From NCBI GenBank assembly GCA_035387945.1, contig DAOOOX010000003.1:203126-267125 (forward strand): a DNA stretch of 64,000 bases, written 5' to 3'. Below the pieces are notes generated by a model. That model was not told where the DNA came from. It ran no database searches and saw nothing but the letters and a program-made list of their open reading frames with translations. Below, piece by piece: positions 58,264 through 64,000 of this stretch (its first letter is position 1; each line of letters begins with the position of its first letter). The position numbers and the translations under genes were made by a program. The stretch is from Verrucomicrobiia bacterium (lineage in GTDB: Bacteria; Verrucomicrobiota; Verrucomicrobiia; JADLBR01).

Positions 58264-58639
58264 GCCAGCAAGATCGCCGACGGTTGAAAATCTGTGCCTC
58301 CCGTGCCTCTTCGCGGCCAAACCGCATGCGGGCAATCCGGGCGGGGGGATTCCGGCCTCATGACGGGAACCTACGGGGAAGGGTGGGACATCCGCTGTAC
58401 CACGGGGCAACAGATTCCATGATTCGGGCATTGGGTGGAGGTGGCTCTGTTCTCTCTGTTTGCTCCTGTTGGGACCGGGCGGGTTCTGGCGCGCGTGATG
58501 CACGGGCCTGAACAGGAGGCAACGGAGTTAATGGAGGGGTTTCGGGGGCGGTTGGCCTCCGTCTCCTCTGTTTCCCCCTGTTGGGGACAGGGCCGATTTT
58601 CCCTTGGCCGGTTATAGGAGCGGGGCCAATGTTTAAGCT

Positions 58640-60019
58640 ATGTGCCGGCTGCGTGATTTCCTTCGCGTTACCCTGTTTGGATTACTATCCTTGAGTTTCT
58701 GTGCTGTTGGGGCGACCGCGCCCAACATCATTTTCCTCCTGGGCGACGACCACCGGTGGGACGCGCTGGGATGCATGGGGAACAAGATCATCCGGACGCC
58801 GAACATCGACGGCCTGGCGCGCGACGGGGTGCTGTTCGACAACATGTTCGTGACGACCGCGATCTGCGCGGTGAGCCGTGCGAGCATCTTCTCGGGCCAG
58901 TACGCGAGGCGACACGGGATCAACGATTTCGTCACGCCATTCACCCCGGAGCAATGGGCGCGGACTTATCCCGCGGTGCTCCGCAAGGCGGGCTACCGCA
59001 CCGGCTTCATCGGCAAATTTGGCGTCGGCGACAAGAGCCCCGAGCCCAAGGACGAGTTCGATTACTGGAGGGGGTTTCGCGGTCAGGGGAAGTATGAGAA
59101 CACAGACGAGAACGGGAATTACATCCACCTGACCCAGATCATGGAGAATCAGGCGCTGGAATTCCTCCGCGGCTGTGAGAGGGGAAAGCCCTTCTGCCTG
59201 TCGGTCAGTTTCAAGGCCCCGCATTGCCAGGATGGCGACCCGCGCCAGTTCATCTACGACCGTCGCGACGCGGGCCTCTACGCGGATGTGACGATCCCGC
59301 CTCCGCCGGTCGGGGAGGACAAGTACTTCGCGATGTTCCCGGAGTTTTTCCGCGCCAACAACGAGGCTCGCAAGCGCTGGGAGATCCGTTTCTCCACGCC
59401 CGAGAAGTATCAGGAGATGGTCAAGGGTTACTTCCGGCTCATCACGGGCCTCGACCGCGTCGTGGGCGCCGTGCGCGCCGAACTGGAGAGACGGGGCGTC
59501 GCAGACAACACCGTGATCCTTTACGCGGGCGACAACGGCTTCTATCTGGGCGAGCACGGCCTCGCCGGCAAATGGTACGGGCACGAGGAGTCGATCCGCG
59601 TGCCGCTGGTTATATACGACCCGCGACTCCCGGCGACCCGGAGGAACCAGCGCCTGAAACCCAACGCCCTGAACACCGACATCGGACCCACCATCCTCGC
59701 CATGGCCGGCGTGCCCATCCCCGCGGAGATGCAGGGGCGCGATCTCGGCCCGCTGCTGCGCGGCGAGACTCCGCCTTGGCGCACCGAGTTTTTCTACGAG
59801 CACAACGTGCCCATCAAGACTCTGCGGCAATCCGAGGGCGTGGCGGGCGGACGATACAAGTACCTGCGCTATTCGGAGCAAGAGCCGCCGTGGGAAGAGC
59901 TCTACGATCTCCAGGCTGATCCCCACGAGGTCAAGAACCTCGCGGCCGATCCCGCGCACCGCGAGCTGCTGGAGAAGATGCGCGCCCGTTGGGCGGAACT
60001 GCGCAAGGCGGCGGAGTAG
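58640..60019 (+). CDS. Sulfatase-family protein with non-canonical active-site motif C-A-V-S-R
   Basis: NIIFLLGDDHRWDALGCMG, TPNIDGLARDGVLFDN. The segment TTAICAVSRASIFSGQYARRHG aligns to the CxPxR region, but Pro is replaced by Val. Confidence 0.8.
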   Translation: MCRLRDFLRVTLFGLLSLSFCAVGATAPNIIFLLGDDHRWDALGCMGNKIIRTPNIDGLARDGVLFDNMFVTTAICAVSRASIFSGQYARRHGINDFVTPFTPEQWARTYPAVLRKAGYRTGFIGKFGVGDKSPEPKDEFDYWRGFRGQGKYENTDENGNYIHLTQIMENQALEFLRGCERGKPFCLSVSFKAPHCQDGDPRQFIYDRRDAGLYADVTIPPPPVGEDKYFAMFPEFFRANNEARKRWEIRFSTPEKYQEMVKGYFRLITGLDRVVGAVRAELERRGVADNTVILYAGDNGFYLGEHGLAGKWYGHEESIRVPLVIYDPRLPATRRNQRLKPNALNTDIGPTILAMAGVPIPAEMQGRDLGPLLRGETPPWRTEFFYEHNVPIKTLRQSEGVAGGRYKYLRYSEQEPPWEELYDLQADPHEVKNLAADPAHRELLEKMRARWAELRKAAE

Positions 60020-60105
60020 GGGGATCCGCGCATGGCGCGCGGCGGGGCCGACCTGATTCGAGAACGCGCCGGATTATTCAGGGTGAAACTGCTGGGGGCG
60101 GGGCT

Positions 60106-60308
60106 GTTTTGGACTGCGGTGCAGAGCGAAGCGAAGGCACCGCTTTTGCCTCGGGCGGAGCCGAGGCCGATGGTCCCGGCTCGCGCTCCGCGCGCTGCCA
60201 AGGCGGTGGCGCCGTCTGGCCGCGGCCGGGCTCTGCCACCGCAGTCCAAAGTCCTCACGGCCCGGATCCTGGGTCGGGGCACGAGCCGCGCCCGCGAACA
60301 GCGCCCGA
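60106..60308. repeat. R4 approx. 200-bp palindromic element, second copy (inverted relative to 41993..42197)
   Basis: gttttggactgcggtgcagag...ctctgccaccgcagtccaaag + ggcccggatcctgggtcggggcacgagccgcgcccgcgaacagcgcccg. Confidence 0.7.
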
Positions 60309-60321
60309 AGTTTCTGGCTAG

Positions 60322-63300
60322 CTATCCCACCAGAAACTGAAAATCCTCGCGGGTGATGAGCGGCCCGGTGGCCCGGGTTTCGGTTCCCTCGACAATGCGC
60401 CGGAACAGCTCCTGCTTCCTGCGTTTCAGCTCGAGCATCTTCTCCTCAATCGTGTGCCGCATGATGAGGCGGTGGATGAAGACGGTGCGGCGCTGCCCCA
60501 TGCGGTGGGCGCGATCCGAGGCCTGATTCTCGACGGCGGGATTCCACCAAGGGTCGAGGTGGAACACGTACGAGGCGCGCGTGAGGTTGAGGCCGGCGCC
60601 GCCGGTTTTCAGGCTTATGAGGAAAATGCCGGGCCCGGAGGGCGATTGGAAATCGCCGACCAGTTTCTTTCGCCTGGGCGTGGGCGTCGAGCCATCCATG
60701 CGCAGGAACGGGATCTTCTCTGCCGCGAGCCTGCGGCCGACAAGGTCGAGGGCTCGCGTGAACTGCGAGAACACCAGCGCCGCGTGGCCCTCGGAGGCGA
60801 GTTCCGCGAGCTTGCCCGCGAGGTGCTCTATCTTGGGGGAGGGACCGCCGTGCGCGGGGTCGAGGATAGCGGGCGAGATGCAGATCTGGCGCAGGCGCAT
60901 GAGCGCGGCGAGCGCGATGATCCCCGCCTGTTGCGACGGTCTGTCCCGGTAGGCCTCCAGCACCTGGGCGCGGACCTCGGCCACGGCGCGGGTGTAGTAC
61001 TGCCGCTGCGCGTCCGAGAGATCGAGGTGCGCGTCGGTCTCCACCTTCGGCGGCAACTCGGTCAGGATCCGATCCTTTGTCCTTCGCAGCACGAAGGGCC
61101 GCGCGCGCTCCAGCAGTTGGCCCCCCTCGCGCATGTCCTGCTGGAACGCCTTCCACTCGCCGAAGATGCCCGGCACCGCGAGGTCCAATATCGAATAATA
61201 CTCGCCCGCGTGGTTCTCCATCGGCGTGCCGGTGAGGCAGAGGCGGAACCGCGCGCGGATCTGTCGCATCGCCTGGGCGCGGGCGCCGAGGAGGTTCTTC
61301 ACGGCCTGCGCCTCGTCGAACACCGCGACATGGAACGGTTGTGACGCGAGCACACCGATGTCGCGGCGCACGAGGTCGTAAGTCGTGAGGACGACGTCGG
61401 CCCCGCCGAAATCCGCCGAGCGCCGCGCCCCCGTGTACTCGATCATCTGGAGATCGGGATAGAAGGTCTCGATCTCGCTGCGCCAATTGAAGAGCAGCGT
61501 CGGGGGCAGGACGATGAGGTGCGGGCCGGTCTTGCGTCGCGGTGCCTGCGGGCGGATCTTTCCCTCGCGGAGGGCGGCCAGCAGGCAGATCGCCTGCAGC
61601 GTCTTGCCTAGGCCCATGTCATCCGCGAGGCACGCCCCGAACCGATGCCTGTACAGGAAGGCGAGCCAATCAAAGCCGCGGCGCTGGTAATCGCGGGGCG
61701 CGACGCGGAGTCCCGACGGGAGCGCCGCGATGGGGATGCCATCGAACTCCAAGAGGGATTTCAGGACGCGTGCATCCTCCGGTGGCAACCGGCAGGCGAT
61801 GCCATCCTTCGCCAGCGCCAGCCAGTCGAGCATCTGGAGGCGCGGCACGCGGATCGGTCCGCCCTTGCGCCCACGGGCGGCGTCGTTGCGCCCGAGCAAT
61901 TCGCGGACGCGCGCGATGGCCCCCGGGTTGTCGAGCGCGATGACGCGCGGCCCGCCGCCCAGCGTGGTGACGAGTTCCCCGCGCATGATCTTGTCCCACT
62001 GCTCGGGCGGGATGGTGGACCCTTCGCAGCGTATCTCCGGGCGCAGCTCGAACCAATCGATGTCGGTGGATCGGGTCGCCTCGACATCGATCGTCGCGCG
62101 CACGACTTCGATGGGGCGGCCCTCGTATTCCACGCGGATTCCTCGCGCCGTGGCCGCGATCGCAAATCCCCCCACGGCCTGGAGGAAACCCTCGGCCGGG
62201 ATCGCGTACCGCGCTTCGTCATCGATGCCCAAGAGGGCGAGCCTCTCGAGGGAGCTGAGCAACCCCAGGGCCTCCCCGGCCCATCGGAGTCCTCCCTCGA
62301 CGCGGACCCATGGGCGCGACGCATCGGCGCCCGGATGAACGGTGGCGGTGGTATCGCCCGCGACCCGCGTCGAGAGAAGCTGGAGCATCCGGCGCGCGGT
62401 GGTTGCATGCGGCGTCCCCTTGAATTGAGCGTGCCCCGCGACCTCGCGGATGATTTCGGCGCGCTCGGTGCGCTTGACCGCGAGCAGGAGGCGCTCGGTG
62501 TACCCGCGGAGAACGTCGCGGCGACGGGCCGAAGCGAGCAATCGGTCCGCACTTGAAGAGGACTCGATCTCCTGGATGAGGGCGATGGCGATCGCGGGAT
62601 GGGGGAGATCGGCACCGGCCGCGCGCATGTGTATCCCGATCTCGATGTCATCGGCGTCGCGCGCCGGCGCAAACCGGATGGTCACTTCGGGTTTGCCGGG
62701 TGTCGCTTCAGCCGGATTGCCATCGGGGCCCAGCAGGCGAATGGCATCGTCACCCCCGGGGGGTATCGCGATCTTCCCGAATGCCCGTCGGGGCACGTGC
62801 AATGCTCCGTCAGTCGTGGCAACGGCAAGGCCCAGGGCGCTGCGCAACACGTGCCAAACCCTCAGCGCCCCCGGATTCTCGAGGCGGCCCAGCGCGCCTG
62901 AGGACGCGAGATGGACCATGCCAGCGCCCACGGCCCGGTTCGCCCCGACGGGATGCCCGTCGTCGTCGATCAGCACCTGGCGCGCGACGATGCGTTCCTT
63001 TTCCCAACGAAACTCGATCTGACCCCGCAGGCGACGCACCCGCCCCGGTGGGACCTCCACCGCACCCGGCCCCTCGCCGACCACCACCGCATATCCGCCC
63101 GCGCCCCCCTCGAACCAGTTGACGAATTGGCGCGCGAAATCCTCTCCCGACCGCGCGGCGGAGAACAGAGAGAACAGATCGGCGGGCAGCGGCGCCCAGC
63201 CAATCCCGCGCCCGCCCGGCGCCTCGTACCGTACCCCCGCCTGGCCAAAGGCACCGGCGAGCAACCGGACCACGCCCTTCGTCGCCCGCGATGACCGCGA

Positions 63301-63798
63301 GGACCGGATTTCCTCCAGCATCCTGCGCCAGTCGCAAGAGCCATCTTCCGCGCCAGTCCAGAATCGGCTCCCGCGCAGCACGCGGAAACACACCATCAGC
63401 GCCGCCAGCGAGTGCGCGCACACAGCGCCACCGGTTCGCCCTCTCTGGCAATCACAATCCAGCTCGATGCCTTCCTCCGCCGGGGTGATCCAGGCCGTGA
63501 ATTCGAGGGAGTCCCTGACCACGGCGGTTAGGCTGTGTCCTCCCGGATCCCAGGCGAAAGTCACCACGCGGCCCCCGCGCGCGAGATTGGCGGCCCGGGT
63601 GATCAACGGCAACTCGGCCAGCGTATAGACCACGCCCGGCGATGCCGCCGCCAACCGCTCCAGTGCGACCTCTCGCGCTGTCCTCCCCTCGGGCATGAGG
63701 GGACGCAGTCTGCCGCGCGCCACATCGACCGCAAGCACGCAACTGCCCCCGCTTGGTGCGGGCATTTCAAATCGGGTCCCGTGCTGCAGTCCTGGCAT
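60322..63798 (-). CDS. SNF2-family DEAD/DEAH-box ATPase/helicase with N-terminal SWIM-type zinc-finger region
   Basis: Walker A in LADDMGLGKTLQ. DEAQAVKN (DEAH-like). Helicase-C blocks LVFSQFTRALD, RMGQRRTVFIHRLI. N-terminal CDCQRGRTGGAVCAHSLAAL is SWIM-like CxC...CxH. Confidence 0.85.
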   Translation of the reverse strand: MPGLQHGTRFEMPAPSGGSCVLAVDVARGRLRPLMPEGRTAREVALERLAAASPGVVYTLAELPLITRAANLARGGRVVTFAWDPGGHSLTAVVRDSLEFTAWITPAEEGIELDCDCQRGRTGGAVCAHSLAALMVCFRVLRGSRFWTGAEDGSCDWRRMLEEIRSSRSSRATKGVVRLLAGAFGQAGVRYEAPGGRGIGWAPLPADLFSLFSAARSGEDFARQFVNWFEGGAGGYAVVVGEGPGAVEVPPGRVRRLRGQIEFRWEKERIVARQVLIDDDGHPVGANRAVGAGMVHLASSGALGRLENPGALRVWHVLRSALGLAVATTDGALHVPRRAFGKIAIPPGGDDAIRLLGPDGNPAEATPGKPEVTIRFAPARDADDIEIGIHMRAAGADLPHPAIAIALIQEIESSSSADRLLASARRRDVLRGYTERLLLAVKRTERAEIIREVAGHAQFKGTPHATTARRMLQLLSTRVAGDTTATVHPGADASRPWVRVEGGLRWAGEALGLLSSLERLALLGIDDEARYAIPAEGFLQAVGGFAIAATARGIRVEYEGRPIEVVRATIDVEATRSTDIDWFELRPEIRCEGSTIPPEQWDKIMRGELVTTLGGGPRVIALDNPGAIARVRELLGRNDAARGRKGGPIRVPRLQMLDWLALAKDGIACRLPPEDARVLKSLLEFDGIPIAALPSGLRVAPRDYQRRGFDWLAFLYRHRFGACLADDMGLGKTLQAICLLAALREGKIRPQAPRRKTGPHLIVLPPTLLFNWRSEIETFYPDLQMIEYTGARRSADFGGADVVLTTYDLVRRDIGVLASQPFHVAVFDEAQAVKNLLGARAQAMRQIRARFRLCLTGTPMENHAGEYYSILDLAVPGIFGEWKAFQQDMREGGQLLERARPFVLRRTKDRILTELPPKVETDAHLDLSDAQRQYYTRAVAEVRAQVLEAYRDRPSQQAGIIALAALMRLRQICISPAILDPAHGGPSPKIEHLAGKLAELASEGHAALVFSQFTRALDLVGRRLAAEKIPFLRMDGSTPTPRRKKLVGDFQSPSGPGIFLISLKTGGAGLNLTRASYVFHLDPWWNPAVENQASDRAHRMGQRRTVFIHRLIMRHTIEEKMLELKRRKQELFRRIVEGTETRATGPLITREDFQFLVG

Positions 63799-63885
63799 AG
63801 CCGGTCAAGGGATTCGGGCCGAGTGAACGCATCACTGGTGCAATGTTTTAGATGAATCTGAAGGTGGAAGGCACCTCGGCCCAAT

Positions 63886-64000
63886 CTGGGGAGGGACGTC
63901 GGCCCCGGCGTCCGTGATTCACCGGTCGCGCGGCACCTCGGCCAGCCCGGCCCGCGAGGCGAGCGTGTCTCAAAACCTCTGAGCCGAGCCGCCTGGCACA
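63886..64000. repeat. R1 unit followed by the start of another R2 element (truncated by window end)
   Basis: ggggagggacgtcggccccggcgtccgtgat...ggcccgcgaggcga then gtgtctcaaaacctctgagccgagccgcctggcaca, matching the 53749 copy start. Confidence 0.6.

Noticed and set aside
1-64000. CRISPR arrays, rRNA and tRNA genes
   Set aside because: No regularly spaced short direct repeats with unique spacers were seen; the repeats present are palindromic, irregularly spaced and multi-family. No rRNA-like conserved blocks. No intergenic segment showed a convincing tRNA cloverleaf by eye. A tRNAscan-SE or Infernal run would be needed to exclude small RNAs properly.

Overview
This 64 kb window is high-GC (about 65%) chromosomal DNA. 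The gene content points to the Planctomycetes-Verrucomicrobia-Chlamydiae (PVC) superphylum, probably Verrucomicrobia: a PEP-CTERM protein with autotransporter-associated beta-strand repeats, DUF1501, PSD1/DUF1549/DUF1553 and PSCyt planctomycete-cytochrome domains, multiple sulfatases and DUF1080. The housekeeping core is ileS, rpsO-pnp, a beta-CASP MBL nuclease, the flotillin-YqiJ pair and a SNF2/SWIM helicase.

Three accessory loci stand out:
- A tightly packed operon DUF1501 -> PPC-domain protein -> PSD1/DUF1553 -> PSCyt/WD40/coiled-coil/membrane/PSCyt giant protein (5.9-15.8 kb).
- A sulfur-ester locus at 31-42 kb: an FGE-PEBP-arylsulfotransferase-like fusion, a second ASST-like protein fused to SMP-30/gluconolactonase, a sulfatase, a metallophosphoesterase and a PHP phosphoesterase. 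These proteins share unusual Lys/Arg/Gly/Asp-rich disordered linkers. An EF-hand module appears to be joined to the first gene by a -1 frameshift.
- A dense population of interspersed palindromic/MITE-like repeats in at least five families (R1-R4 plus a 235-bp element) fills the intergenic spaces and produces conserved spurious ORFs.

Other points: an OmpR/histidine-kinase pair, a glycosidase-like operon with 4-bp overlapping starts, a GT4+GT2 glycosyltransferase interrupted by an in-frame TGA, and two paralogous DUF4388-FHA proteins. No rRNA, CRISPR array or convincing tRNA was recognised by eye.

Domain calls are from motif recognition in the provided translations. No database search was run. 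Positions I derived from the listing rather than from the ORF track may be off by 1 nt.
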